From Bispira polyomma (taxonomy: Eukaryota), in the NCBI GenBank assembly GCA_965649765.1, contig OZ287752.1, positions 66,898,001 to 66,962,000 on the forward strand: 64,000 nt of DNA, in the 5' to 3' direction. Position numbers and translations under genes: made by a program. Of this stretch, positions 1 to 13,012 are shown piece by piece (the first letter of the stretch is position 1; each line of letters begins with the position of its first letter). The notes under the pieces are model-generated. The model was not told the origin of the DNA and did not search any database. It was given only the letters and a program-made list of their open reading frames with translations.

Positions 1-3000
1 ATTATAGTACTCCATCAAGGAAGTATTATTAACTTCTTGTACTGAATCCATACTATCACCGTGTATCTTATGTATATGACTACTAGTGTTACCCGTGTGT
101 CCATTATGATTTTCACCATACTGATCTACAGTCCCGTCCATATACACGTTATGATTAGCCAACGTGTGTACATTATGGACTTTTCTATTAAGGTGACTGC
201 CATTCTGAATGTGAATATCATGATCACATGTGTTTTTACACATAGTATCCTGCCATATTTTATTTACACTGTTATTGTAGTATGTTAGTACACTATGGTG
301 TTCCATTTTTGTTTCACATCTACCACTGTTTATATTCTTCTCTGAACACCTACTGTCAAAACAAGTTTCACCACCACCCCATATGTCCTTTACCTCTTGT
401 GTAATTTCAAGAGACGATTCAAGTGTTGAACAAGGGTCAAGGTACTTATTATTATTGCCGTATCAAGAACTTACCTGGCAGCAATTTAGTGCAACGTGTT
501 CTAATGTACACGTAGTTAGATAACTGGACCTATGGACCAACGAGGACAGGGTGTTAAGGTCATTAGAATATACAGTTATATTGGCCATACTAGTGTTATT
601 GTTATTTACACTGACAGATACGTTATTAGCTTTAACAAAAGTATAACTAATTCTGTCACTTGTACTAACTATGTGACTAGTCACACCATAAACACTATCG
701 CTAAAATTATTCTCTTGTGACATTAATATATTAACGTCGCTCTCATAAACTCTGTTATAAGAGCTCGACACATTTGTATTCATTTTTACTAAGTTGTCAC
801 TAAGTCTATCAACATTTATTTTAGTACTATTAATAGATTCTATTTTTTCAGCTAGTACTTTGGACCGGGAAGATGTTTTTCCTGTATCATGACTTTTGTA
901 CATAAACACAGTAGCCAATGGGTTTAATTGGTTTCCCATATTACCCATACCCGTTATAACTGATACCATGATCATGTTTTTTAACACGAGCACCTTGTTT
1001 TGGGCTAAACTCGCTGGTCAACGGGTTCAAAGTGGTTTCATAATTTCCAACACATTCATTCAATCTATTCTTAGCCATATTATTACATGATTTGGTATAA
1101 ACATACATACTATTAGAATGAGTATCATGTTGTAACCATTTACTATCAGTATTACAAATTTCCTGTCTAAAAATTTTTGCACGTGGATTTAATTTAGTTT
1201 TATGACAATTACCTTCCTTATGATGATTTATCTTTACAATAACTGTGTCGTTGTAATTTAGGCCAGGTTTATTATAATATTTCCTGCCGTTGTTAACTTT
1301 AGACACATTACAACTAATAGGGTTAAACTCGCTGCTCAGTTTTCTGTCCCTTACTATCATTTTTTATTTGCACACATTTGCAAGCGGGGTGATCATGCTT
1401 TTTACCACATATCTCTTTGTAGCAGTAAGTGCAGTAGTGCTCATATTTGAAACCTCTGGACACGTGGTCCTTGTCTAGCTTACAGGTACCCTTATTAAAC
1501 AAGGAGCAGACACAACTTTCTGTATTCCTGTTTTCACTACTACCTGTACCACCGTCATAAGGGACCCTTTGAGCATTTCTAGCTCTGATTTTTTCTATCA
1601 GTTTGATTTTGTCCCATGTGACCCGCCCTTTTTCAATTTCTTGAAGTACTGCAGCATGCGCATTCTTAGCTGCTTCTAATCCCAAACTCGACAGCGTCTT
1701 GCATTAAGCTAACGTGGTAATTAAGCATAACCTGCCTTTTCTCAAGATCACATTCCTCTAACGCGCAACAAAGCAACCCCTGTGCCCATTGTATTGGAGA
1801 CATTTCGTCGTATGTCGGTTGTTTGTTAGTATGAGCGACGGTGCAATAATCTTGGGGCCAGGTGACCTGGACTTTTACTTTATGTACACCCGCTCTATAC
1901 CGGCCAGATTTTAAAGTGGAAGTATTTTTACCTTTATAGTCGAGACGTGAAGCTCCTTCATAATCACGCAATCTCTTCTGAACTTCGGCTTGGATATGGG
2001 AGTCACTTTTGAGGACTTCAAAAAAGGGTAGCTTTGGAGCTACACTCTCTGGAACAGCCATTTTCTGACCCATAGCCTTTGGTGAACTTTGGGCTGACGG
2101 AAGCACAGAAATTTCATTTAAGCTCACTCTGTCCTCTTGTTTTTTCAACCGTTCGTCCTGATTATTTAATTGCACACCCATACCCTTCACAACCATTAAT
2201 AGTTCAGTTAATTTGTCCGACATGGACTTGCTGTGCATATTTGTTATCTCGGCTTCTTCACCCTGAACATTATTAGTAACAATATCAGTGTCCGGTACAT
2301 TATTTTCACTTCTTTCAACAGTACTTTTATTTGTACTTTTACTGTTCTTGTTAACTCCCAGCTTAGGCCCCATTTTATAAAACACTTGACTCTGGAAGGA
2401 CTTTTGCCGACTTGACTGTTAGGAATTTAAAAGGTAATTCTAATTCTGACCAAAATTGAATTTCCTATGTAGTCAAGCAGACAGGAGTCCAATTTTCCAA
2501 TATGGCGCTCAGCCCTCTAAACTTCCAACTGACTTTGAGCCCCAAGTGTGGAGGTATTTATGCACATAGATTTCAGCAAGCCCCCATGTGATTTAACAAC
2601 TCACAGCCTCAGTATCAGAAGGCCTAGTTGTATACAAGATATGGGTAGACAGCCACCATGTCATTTAATATCTCAAGCTTTGCACACACCTTGTGGTCTA
2701 GTTATGTGCAGTATATACAGGCCAACCTAGGGGTGACCTTCCACTTTAACCATTGAAACCTAAGACTAATATTGATACCAAAGTAGCAAGGCCACTTGTA
2801 TTTAATTTTATGTTTTTTAAGCTTTCCCTAAGACTGACACGGTTTGCTACTTAAATTCTGCAACACCTATTAAACACTTAAATCAATTAAACTTAGCCTA
2901 TTGTATATTACTTTCCTGTACGCTTTTACTGCTGCTCATGATATTGTTATAAAGTGGTTTTCTAGATTAAGGCTAAACTTGAAATTACTAAGGTCAACTT
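1..3000 (-). mobile_element. Ngaro/DIRS-like YR retroelement copy 1: 5' region, gag-like ORF (1323-2385, frameshifted near 1680) and low-complexity start of ORF2; continues off the window start
   Basis: ORF 1666-2385 has KSGRYRAG..VKVQVTWPQDYC..PTYDEMS. ORF 1323-1685 has AAKNAHAAVLQEIEKGRVTW and a Cys/His cluster (CSLFNKGTC..H..H.C..C..H). The same motifs occur in the copies at 32.5 kb and 52-53 kb, which carry RT/RNase H/YR. Confidence 0.75.
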
Positions 3001-3289
3001 AACAATAACATAGATTTATATTGGTAAAAGATACATGTATTAGATAGATAGGGAGGGGGAAATGGGAAGATAGATAAATTTGTCATTAAACTGACAATAT
3101 GCAAAGCAGAAATATTTTACAAATGACTAAGAGTAAACATAAAAGCACTCGGCCAAAAAGGCTTATAAATCAACTGCACAATCAAATACCAATTTATAAG
3201 TGTGTGATTCTGTTACCAAACCAACATGATCAAAAATAGCAATAAGAATACTACATTATCAGACTAAATACCCTCTCTAAATAATTCAT

Positions 3290-3660
3290 ATTTTTCTTAA
3301 TTGCCATATTGGGCATAAAAAATAACAATTTTTTTATATTTAGATCACTTAAAGACATTAAACTCAATCATCTTTTCTTCAGGAGTTGCATAAAATAAAT
3401 CAGCACCGACGTGTTCCCAGATGAATTCAAAGAAAATTTTCCCATTGTGAATATACAATGGGCAATGAATAAGAAAGTGTTGTTCATCTTCCACAATTCC
3501 AAAATCAAATAATGTACATGTTCTACTTGATAACTCTTTTTTCTTGTATCTACCCTTCTCTACTGCTAGCTTTAGTGTTCCTGATCTTAATGCTGTGGTA
3601 ACACTGAGCCAATCACAATTATTTAAACAGTTTTTCTTTGGCATACTCCAAATCAACATC
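3290..3660 (-). mobile_element. Non-LTR retrotransposon 3' fragment (C-terminal zinc-knuckle region of ORF2)
   Basis: LRSGTLKLAVEKGRY..RTCTL...VEDEQHFLIHCPLY is a typical LINE ORF2 C-terminal motif. Confidence 0.7.
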
Positions 3661-4424
3661 TTTTCGTAAATACATTTTCAAAGACATTTATTTGTAACAA
3701 ACACCAAAAAAGATGTTTATTGTTCCCGTTATTTCATGAAATTCTAAACACAACTGGAGTGGTGTGTGAGGTGGCTCATCGGGGCTAGCCGTGTCAGTGC
3801 TTAAAGTGGTTCCAATGACCCCAGCAGGGATTGGTTCTAATTAACATAATTAAATAAGTATTCCCGCCAAAATGATAAAAGCTTCACTTCAAAACTAAAA
3901 GTCTAAGAGGCTAGGCTCCATTTTAAATATACTGAAATTGTAAAAACGTACCAAACTTCGAGCAGTCCGAAAATTGAGACGTTTTTGAAAAAATAGGATA
4001 TTGAGGAACCATTTGACTCATGCATGCTTATGCTTATTTAAGTATACTACGTTCTGCTTCCGTTTCATTTCAAAGATTCACTTCAAAACTGATAGTCTAG
4101 ACGCCATTTTAAAAATACTGAAATTATGTTTTATACCCACCCACATCCCCAACTGACTCCTGTGGTGCTGCTGCGTCACTGTCCGGGAGCATGTTTTCAG
4201 CAGGAGGGGTTTCTAGACTCACTTTACTTCTATTGCGAAGGGGGTGAGGGGTCGGAGGGTCAGGCCTTGAGAACAGCGAGTAACATGGCTCAGCTGCAGG
4301 TTTTCACCACTCCCTCTCGTTGGGGGCATCCTGGGACTTCTCCTCCTTGTCTCCACCAATCACTGGGTAACACCAGGTCCCCCCCCCCCCCAATTGGGGT
4401 CTTCTTTCTATTGTAGCACATCTT

Positions 4425-4677
4425 TTTTTTTAATTTGGATATTTAACGTCTACTCTAGTACCTGTTTAGGTTATATTGGGACTGGTAGTTGGAAACGCTG
4501 GAGGAAACACTGCATACAGTTGATCAAGGTTCTGCACTGAAACCAGCGGCCCACGGTAAGGAACTACCACTTTTCCTACATAGGCATCGACGGGATTTGA
4601 ACTCACACAGCCCAGAGGTGAGAGACCAGTGATTGTGAAGCGCAATGCTTCCTAACCACTAGGCCACTGCGGCCCCC
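4425..4677 (-). mobile_element. tRNA-derived SINE, family A
   Basis: Near-identical to the copies at 11206 and 33496. Box A TGGCCTAGTGG and box B GAGTTCAAATCCC on the minus strand. Confidence 0.9.
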
Positions 4678-4739
4678 GCTGCTTGTATGTAACAAGGGGC
4701 TGTATTAGACAGTCAATATTAGACAGCCAAGTAAGGCAT

Positions 4740-5780
4740 AGTGAGTCAGTGAATCTAATAAGGTTGCCAACGGGACTCTAATGTTATGATGTGCTTTAAG
4801 GCAGTTTTTTTAGTATTTAGCTAGCGCAGTGGGAATTTTTTGCTTTGTTATTGCTATTTAACTCTTATCTCATACTACATTTTACATTCTGCATTTTAAT
4901 ACTCTATTGGGGTTCTTTTACTCCTATTTTACACTTAAATTTATATCATTAATGTTACTCTAGGCTAAGGCCACCTTAAAACACACCATATTAAAAATCA
5001 ACTCGAATTTAGGTTAAGGTTACCTTATATTCAAAACAGCATCTTAAATTAGGATGTCCTTAAATTAGAGATAGAAAAAATTAAAGTAACCTTATCTTAG
5101 ATGGAATTCTAGTTAAGGGTGACCCTTGAGTTAAGGACACCTTAAACTCCTTGTCTTAAACTCAAATAAGTTAGGGGTGTGTCTTGAATTAAGACCACCT
5201 TAAACTTTGGGTGTGGCCTTATTAGTATTGTATATAGTTAGTCTAACATAGAATAATAAATTCATTTTCCCAACATGCCTCTATTACTGACTTAAATACC
5301 ATCTCAAGGTCACTAAAGGGCGCTGATAATGCATGGGCGGTTTTAGTGATAATAAAATTCACAGGCAGTATCATATAGTATTATATATATAAAATATAAG
5401 CTATGCCTATGGGTAGTGTGATACTAGATCTACCCATATATGGTAAAAAAGTTTACCAGGGATCACGTGTCAAAAGTGTTTTTACATTTTTACCCAAACA
5501 GAGTGGTTTACGTCAATTGTCTGAGTGTGCATTTAACTCTTGTGCAAAACAAAGGGGATACTTCGGTATACAGGAATATCAGAGAGGATATAATACAACA
5601 ATATATAAAGTGAGTAATAACCATTGAATATATAAATATTATGTTTTCTAGTTAATATTTTAGTGGTGACAGACCAGTTGACGCCAGGGTACCAATCGAC
5701 GCCCACCCAGATTGAAAGAGTGGATATCTCTCTGTTGGAAGATCAATTTCAAACCCATATTTGGTAATTCAAACATAATA
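4740..5780. mobile_element. Probable solo terminal region of a Ngaro-like element
   Basis: Array of TAAGG-N3-CCTTA-like palindromes (4965-5225) and CCCATAT[AT]TGGTAA motifs (about 5432 and 5754). These resemble the 3' non-coding regions of the copies at 35.5-36.2 kb and 45.4-46.2 kb. Confidence 0.4.
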
Positions 5781-6149
5781 TTATATTAATTGATTTGACA
5801 TCATTAATAATAGTAGTATTATAGGTAGTATTATAATTTGGCAATTGGAATAACAACACAATATGTATGTCAGATCAATTGCATTGTATTTAGATTTACA
5901 CTCAATGAATTTGCCTACCTGTATCCAGAATTCAAAGAAGCACCAATGAATGTTTACTTGATTGCCCAATTGCAGTCAACCAAAAATGCTGTCATCCTCA
6001 AACCTCTCTCGCAGCTCTTGTCAGTTACTCACTATTGGGCCAAGTGTTTTTTTAACTTGCAAATGGGGATAGGACCTAATGACAGAAGGTCGGCATTTTA
6101 AGTGGTCATCTTATCTATTACAACTATCTATTCGACAAGCTGGAACATG

Positions 6150-6610
6150 AAACAAAGTGTGGAAACAGTTAAATAGTTTTAAGGTAATTTTCGGCTTCTT
6201 GGTAATGGTATTAATGGGTATCCATTTGACTTGGTTTTCAGTAAATAACTCAAACTTATCACAACTTTGAGGAAAGGCCCCTGGTGAAACATATGAAATG
6301 TGTTTCCATTTAGATGTTCTTCACAAAATAGTCTTAGTTTTATGTAAATTAAATTTCAAGCCAGAAAATGTTCAAAAGTCATTGAACATTGCAATTGCTA
6401 TTTGGAAAGATGTACAATCTTTTAAGTGTAGAGTGGTATCGTCTGCTAAATGACTGATTTGGAATTCTTGACCTGAAATTCTGATGCCCTTTATGTTTGA
6501 AACCAAATATATTGGTGTGTTTCTTTTGATTTTCCGGTGTAAATAACTGAAGAAAATGTAGTTTATAGTGAGTGACCCCAATTTTGCCAATGAAATGAGT
6601 TGCCAAGCTT
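6150..6610 (-). mobile_element. L1/Tx1-like LINE reverse transcriptase fragment
   Basis: NIKGIRISGQEFQISHLADDTTLHLKD (RT ADD motif), followed by FSGLKFNLHKT. Confidence 0.75.
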
Positions 6611-6763
6611 GTCTCATTCGATCAATAATTTTTATTTTATTTTTTATTATGTCTTTGTCATTCAATTGGTACACGTGGGCTTACTGGCTTCTACACAAGC
6701 TACGCACCTGACGGCCAGCTACTTATTGACCCTCAGCAACTGTGGGCACATACCTAGTCCTTG

Positions 6764-7470
6764 TTAGCCTACGCTTCCTTTCAGCATGTTTTTATCGGCC
6801 GATTTTTTCCCTCATTATACAATACTAACAAGTGCTTCCTTTCAGCAGATTTGCATCAGATCCGATCAGACGTCGGCCGACGTCTGTTTGGCCAACAGAT
6901 TTTATCTGTCAGAGAGGGAAAAAATCGGGAGGACTGACCGATTTTGAAACAAGAATGTCTGCAAAAATGCTATCATAGTTATGGTTTTCATCCTATATAT
7001 ATACTCAATATTCGTCAGATGTTTACGTTGAAAATGGCATGAGAAAGGTTATTTTATTGTCATTACATTGCTTTTTTCCCCACCAAAATCCGTTAAGAAA
7101 CGGCTCAGATATTTAAGTTTATAGATGGGTACCCCATTTAACTTTCCCTTCTACAGTGAATAATACGTCATAATGACGTCATAATGACGTCAGTTATGTA
7201 GCTACGTCACAGCTTACATACCAGGAAGTAAAAATGGGTACCCTTACTTAACTGTATATATCTCAGCCGTTTTACAAGGAATTTTGATGGGGAAAAAAGC
7301 ACAGTAATCACAATGAAATAGGCTTTCTTCTGCCATTTTTCAAGTTACCATCCGACGAATTTTGAGTGTATATCTGATGAAAGGAAGCACAACATCGGCC
7401 GACGTCTGATCGGATCGGACAGCTTTAAATCGGCCGACGTCGGAATGTGCTGAAAGGAAGCGTAGGCTAA
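6764..7470. mobile_element. Foldback MITE
   Basis: Perfect 23-bp TIR TTAGCCTACGCTTCCTTTCAGCA / TGCTGAAAGGAAGCGTAGGCTAA, plus a long internal inverted repeat (about 6986-7146 vs 7225-7383). A shorter relative lies at 31230-31433. Confidence 0.85.
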
Positions 7471-7958
7471 GATTAAAACTCCAGGGAATGCAAATCATTC
7501 TGCCTATTAAGTCTCATATTGTTTTTCATAAAGAATCAAAGACACAGATCTTTGGCAATGTATCCAAAGAACTCTTGACTTATCAGAGGCCTTTGACACT
7601 GTAGCTCATAGTGTTTTATTTGATTGGTTGGTGATCTGGTTGGGCCTGAGTGATTCAGTCTTTAGTGTTTTCCCTCATTACATAAAAGTAAAACTTATAA
7701 ATCCTGTTTTTATTCTATTTGGACCATAAAATACAGCAGTCACAATTTCCAGTTAAATTATTTTGATATTCCTAGTATAATGCTGTTACCATGTTATACA
7801 CAAAGCAATTGCAATACCTTCTGCTAATAAACTAGTTAGTAATTACTCTCATAGCTGACCCTGTAAATGTGATGAATAACTAACAGTTATAATTTAACAG
7901 TCATTCTTGTATTTGTTTACAGAAATAACTACCTGAGAAAATATTGCAGACAAGTAAT

Positions 7959-7999
7959 ATGGTATCCACAATGGATGATGAACAGAGCAAGTTACTAAA
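7959..7999 (+). CDS. First coding exon of EamA/SLC35G-like gene 1 (MVSTMDDEQSKLLK); exon probably starts at 7923
   Basis: Acceptor TTTGTTTACAG ends at 7922. Donor AA|GTAGGT at 8000 is phase 2, matching the acceptor before 14158. Homologous to the exon at 57104-57156. Confidence 0.75.
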
Positions 8000-8052
8000 G
8001 TAGGTACAGTTGACCATGGTCTGTTTTATAGGTAGTTTGATGATGTAGGATG

Positions 8053-8430
8053 AGCCGTCACAGTGGCACTGTGGTTAAAAGTGTGTGTTTCAACATCACT
8101 AATATCTTACCAATGTGGGCTTGAATCAGAAAGTTTGTCAGGTAGTTGCCGTAGGTTGGTGGTTTACAGTGGTGCAGCCCGAGTTTCTTCCACCACTGAA
8201 TCAGGCCATCGTAATATGATCTAAGCTTTTGAAAGCGACATTAAACCCAACTAAATTCAACTAACCTACTGGTGGACGAAACCAAACAGTTGGTCAAGAT
8301 TTCTGCACTGTAAACCATTGGCCTTCAATAAGTCTTCTTGTTAACTTTCCCATATACATGGCCAGAGCCAAAGATTTGAACCAACAACTGCAGAAGTGAG
8401 ATTATACCCATACACCACTAAGGCGCCTGC
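8053..8430. mobile_element. Two degraded tRNA-derived SINEs, tail to tail (+ 8053-8262; - 8268-8430)
   Basis: Box A-like GTGGCACTGTGGTT and a Meta-SINE-like 3' end (CGTAATATGATCTAAGCTTTTGAAAGCGACATTAAACC). The second element shares GGTCAAGATTTCTGCACTG with family A. Confidence 0.55.
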
Positions 8431-9119
8431 CACTGACTGCAATCTAACCTTTAATTCGATTCACGATGCAATATACATTGACATGTTTCCATGAAAATGT
8501 GTCTTATGGAAATATTAATGCAGTTAAAAAGCTTTACATTTGTTCCTGTATCTTGGCGTGGTGAATCACAGTTGGCAGATGGTATTGTTATGATATCAGG
8601 TACTGAAACATGATAGATAATTGTTATATGCATGTAAAATGGGATAAAACCTATTACCTGAAGTTAGGTTATATATCTATTTGAGTGACTTTTTTTGACG
8701 TGGCATTCAGCAGGATTAGAAAAAAAACTAGCTAAGTTGTTAGCCGGGCAATTTGTAAATGTATCAGATTTGGTCACTTTGTTCATGTATGTGTATATAC
8801 TAGTAATCTCAACTGGTATCTGGGGCCCTAGGTATACATCCTAGTCTCTCCTTCCCGAAACCTATTTTGTAGAACTTTTAGTACTCAAAGGGTTGTGTAT
8901 TGCTTATACAATATGTTTCCACTCAAAACGGCAAACCAAAACGGTAATGAAGAAGATGTGGGTCATCTTCACTCTTCAATGTTTGTTTTATCAAGTTGTT
9001 CCCTTCCTTCTATGTAGAGAGATTGAAGGAGGGGAGGTAATTCTATACACACATATATGGGAGCGAGACAAGTAGGGCTAGTTTGTGTTGTGGTAAATCT
9101 GTATACATGACCATGTATA

Positions 9120-10517
9120 TGTTATACCTAATCCTTGAACTCGAACTGCCCATTTCGTGAAATGGGCAAAATACTTGCCAATTTTACGAAATGGGCAACA
9201 AATTCTCTGCTCATTTCACGAAATGGGCCAGTAAGTGTACGAAATTTTAACTTTCGTACACACAGTAATTCAAACACGTGACTGATGCTTTTTTAACTTT
9301 ATTTTTTTAGCATTTATGTAACTTCTACATACATAAAAAACATTTCCTTGAATAATAGTTTTATTTCATATATTAGTTCATCAGTTTGCAATATAACACC
9401 ATTTGTATCAGGTGTGTGGTTCAATGGTTTTTTAACATGGTCCAAGCATGAACAGGTGTTGTCAGACTCTGGGTTTAAGGGTGTAAAAAACATGGGCCCA
9501 AAACATATTCAATAGATGAAAAATTTTAATTATTGGATTATGGAATAGATTTATTGATATGACCTATAATAGGCTTACCATAATTTTTTATGGGAATACA
9601 AGAAAAGGTAAATAACTGGGTAACTGATGTCCAAAGTGTCACAATGGATTGCAGCTTCGATACTAACTTTAAGAAAAAAAAATATGTGACTTACAGGAAA
9701 TAAAAAAAGTCCTTAATTACAAATAATGAAAATGCCTATATTTACTTATAAAATAAGACAAAACTTATTATTTAACTAAATGAAAAGTAACTTATGTATA
9801 CAAAAATTTTTGTCTGTAAGTATTTTTAAAGTAAAGTTTTGAGAATGTGATAAATGTAGAGAGTTTACCAACTTTACCTTGTTTTAAGACCCTAATTACT
9901 TTTCCGCATGACCTAAAGTCCACAAAGATGTACAGTTTAACACTATAATGGGATTTTAAAACCTACTCACATTTGATTTTCTTTTGAAAATGATTCAGGA
10001 TTGTAATACAAGTATTAACTTCAAAAAGAACAGTTAGTCAGGTTTAACACTTCAAAGTGAATTTAAATCTTACTTACATTTGGTTTCTTTTGAAATTAAC
10101 TCAGTATTATAGTACAAGGTGTGTAATAGTATGAAGGCATTTTCAGACTTCCTCACATTATATTTTCTATTAAACCGGATTCAGGACTTATATGTGAAAA
10201 AAAAGTTAAAAACATTATTTTTAATAGACACCTCTAAACCAAAAAGTCAAAATATATAATGTCAAGTATAAACTGTTAGATAATAAATTATTACACATTT
10301 GTAACTTGTCAAATATCTTACTATCGAAATGTTTTTAAGATCTGTGTATGAAAAATATTTTTTCGTAAATAAGATTGCCCATTTCGTGAAATGGGCAAAT
10401 CAAAACTTATTAAATTGCCCATTTCATGAAATGTGCAAGCGATATGCCCATTTTACGAATTGGGAAATTTTGTTGCCCATTTCATGAAATGGGCAATTTC
10501 ACCAATTGGGTGTAATA
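9120..10517. mobile_element. Non-autonomous TIR element with subterminal palindrome arrays (possibly Ginger-like)
   Basis: Ends TGTTATACCTAAT ... ATTGGGTGTAATA, flanked by TATA on both sides. TGCCCATTTCNNGAAATGGGCA occurs 3 times near the left end and 4 times near the right end. Confidence 0.65.
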
Positions 10518-11205
10518 TATATATATAATATATATGTTGGCTGTGTTGACATTTTGTTTTCACTTGTATAGGGAGGGGGGGGTGCAGGGTTTTTTGTTGT
10601 GGGAATGTATATTTATATATATATGTATATATTGGTTGTTAATGAAGTTTTGTTTTCGTGTGTAGGGTTTACAGAACAATTTTTTTTTTTTTTTTTTTTT
10701 TTTTTTGCAAAAATTTTGAATTTTTGTTTCGCAAAAATTTTTTAAATTTTTTTTTTTTTTGCAAAATTTATTATTTTTTATATTTTCTTTAATTTTGTTT
10801 GTTCGAAATTTTTCAAATTTGTAAAAGGCAAAAATGCACTTATCTCGGAAACGGTGCCAAATAGAGCAATTTCGACCAAGTTTTGGGCCCGCAGGTTATA
10901 TACAAAGTAACCCGCACATTTTAAAAAAAATCGCTCTCCCGGCATTTTTGGCGGCTATCAAAATACCTTTAATGTCACACAATGTCTTATTGTGACGTTT
11001 TGTTTTTGCTGTGCAAAAACAATTATCTTTCGTTAACAAAGCAGTACTCTAGTTTATACTGTTATCTCCTCCACTCATACCCTACCCCCCCTATCCCCCA
11101 AGTAAAAAAAAAAGACAAACCAAGTGCCTCTGTCAACTTGTGGTACTGTAAATACAAATGTATTTAGAGCCCTCTTTCATTTCTGTCCTGCTTTGAGTGT
11201 GTGTG

Positions 11206-11462
11206 TTTTGAATTTGAATTTGGATATTTAACGTCCACTCTAGTACCTTTTAGTAGGTTATATTGGGACCGGTAGTTGGAAACGCTGGAGGAAACACTGC
11301 ATACAGTCGGTCAAGGTTCTGCAGAGAAACCAGCGGCCCACAGTAAGGAACTACCACCTTTCCCACATAGGCATCGACGGGATTCGAACTCACGCCGCCC
11401 AGAGGTGAGAGACCAGTGATTGTGAAGCGCAATGCTTGCTAACCACTAGGCCACCGTGGCCC
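11206..11462 (-). mobile_element. tRNA-derived SINE, family A, full length with TSD
   Basis: Boxes A and B intact (GAGTTCGAATCCC), (TTCAAA)n tail, 15-bp TSD CTTTGAGTGTGTGTG at 11191 and 11463. Confidence 0.95.
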
Positions 11463-12649
11463 CTTTGAGTGTGTGTGCATTGTATATAGTCTTTGTAAGT
11501 ATGTGGTGCTTAGTGTAGAAAAAGAAGTAGTAGTGTATTTCCTTGTGTTTGTTTATTTTACATTATATGATTGGGGGGTCATAATGTGCTTATATCAGCT
11601 ATGAAGTGTGGTGTTTTCTGCTTGTACATGCAAAGTTCTATTCTTTCCAATGGTCCCTTTACAGGATGGTGTTGCTGTGCAATGCATAGTTCCACTGTCG
11701 TACCTGTATTCCCTGTAAACCCCCCCCCCCCTTCCCCAACCACAACCCACTCCTCTTGTCAGACAAAAAACCTCTTCTGCCCCTCACAACTCCTGCTGCT
11801 CCATGTAGATATGTATTGCTACTCTTTCCTATTGTGTGTGTGTTTGACACTTATTACCTGTATGCTCTACACATATCCTGTCCATCCCCCCCCCCAAAAA
11901 AAGGGGGGGGGGGAAATACCCTACGACACACAAAAAAAATCTCATCTCAGCCCCTGCTCCTGCACATATATGTATATTTCTGGTCAGTTCCATTGCCTGT
12001 GCTCTATGTTTTTGTGGTTTTATGGTCTTATGTGATTCTCTATAAATGCTATACAGAGGGTATATGCAGAGTAATTCGCACATTTTTCAAGACATCGCTC
12101 TCTCGCCATTTTTGGCGGCGATCAAAATTGAATGTGCCTATATCTCCCTTATTATTGGTCGTACAGGTTTGGGATATGAAACCAACGAATAGGAAATCAT
12201 GGACTGCTAATCTTTTGCTGTGGTCAGATTTGACCTTGGATCGCTTGTGCAAGGTCAAACAGGTAGGCCAAACTTTAAAGGGCCTATCTCCCACATGTTT
12301 GCAATGTGAAACCCACTTGTGCGATTTAAGGCTTCAGCATAAATGCCCTAGAAGTGTGGCAAAATATTTTTAAAATGAAGTTTATTATCTGTACAAAGAG
12401 ACTTTTACTTTTTTTTATTACCTGTAATACAATTTTCTTTTTCTAAAAGTAATTTTAGTCTAATAACTCCCCCCCAAAAAGTGTGGCGAAATTAATAGAT
12501 AATAAGGCAAAATCATACCCCCTGTAAAAAGTGTGGCAAAATCATTGTGTGGCAAAATCAAGTGTGGCAAAATCAATGTACACCATATTTTCTTGGTATA
12601 ATGCAGTGTACCTTATGTATCCCTTTTATATGGAATTTTCCCTTTTTCC

Positions 12650-13012
12650 AATGATCCACTTTAGTCATGAAACCAACCACCACATTCTGTACATTCCCAA
12701 TTCACAATTCCTTGACCCTTTCCTTGAATAAATCATAAATTTATATGTAACCTTACCATCAGCCACTCCTAATCCTCTTTCCCTACATCTTCAAACATAC
12801 ATTCCTTTACACAACCTTTAGCTATTTACACTCCCTAACACCTACACTCAAACATTTTATACCAATGCCTCTATCCAAACGCCAACTTCACACCTAAAAT
12901 ACATACCTAATCACTTCCACAAACATACTCAATCCCCTCACTCATTCATTACACCAAATCTTATCACTTACATCACTGTGGCCCCCAAGGGCCACTCCCT
13001 TCCCATCTTGTT
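12650..13012 (+). mobile_element. Helentron-like 3' end with a C/A-rich interior
   Basis: G-depleted tract followed by hairpin GTGGCCCCCAAGGGCCAC and a CTTGTT terminus. Confidence 0.45.

Noticed and set aside
5838-6101. 87-aa ORF as an upstream exon of gene 1
   Set aside because: No homology to the gene 2 region and no recognisable motif.
11390-11462. Functional tRNA gene
   Set aside because: It is a SINE head followed by body, tail and TSD.
11571-12373. Overlapping 154-aa and 205-aa ORFs
   Set aside because: They run through low-complexity and repeat sequence with homopolymers and show no domain signature.
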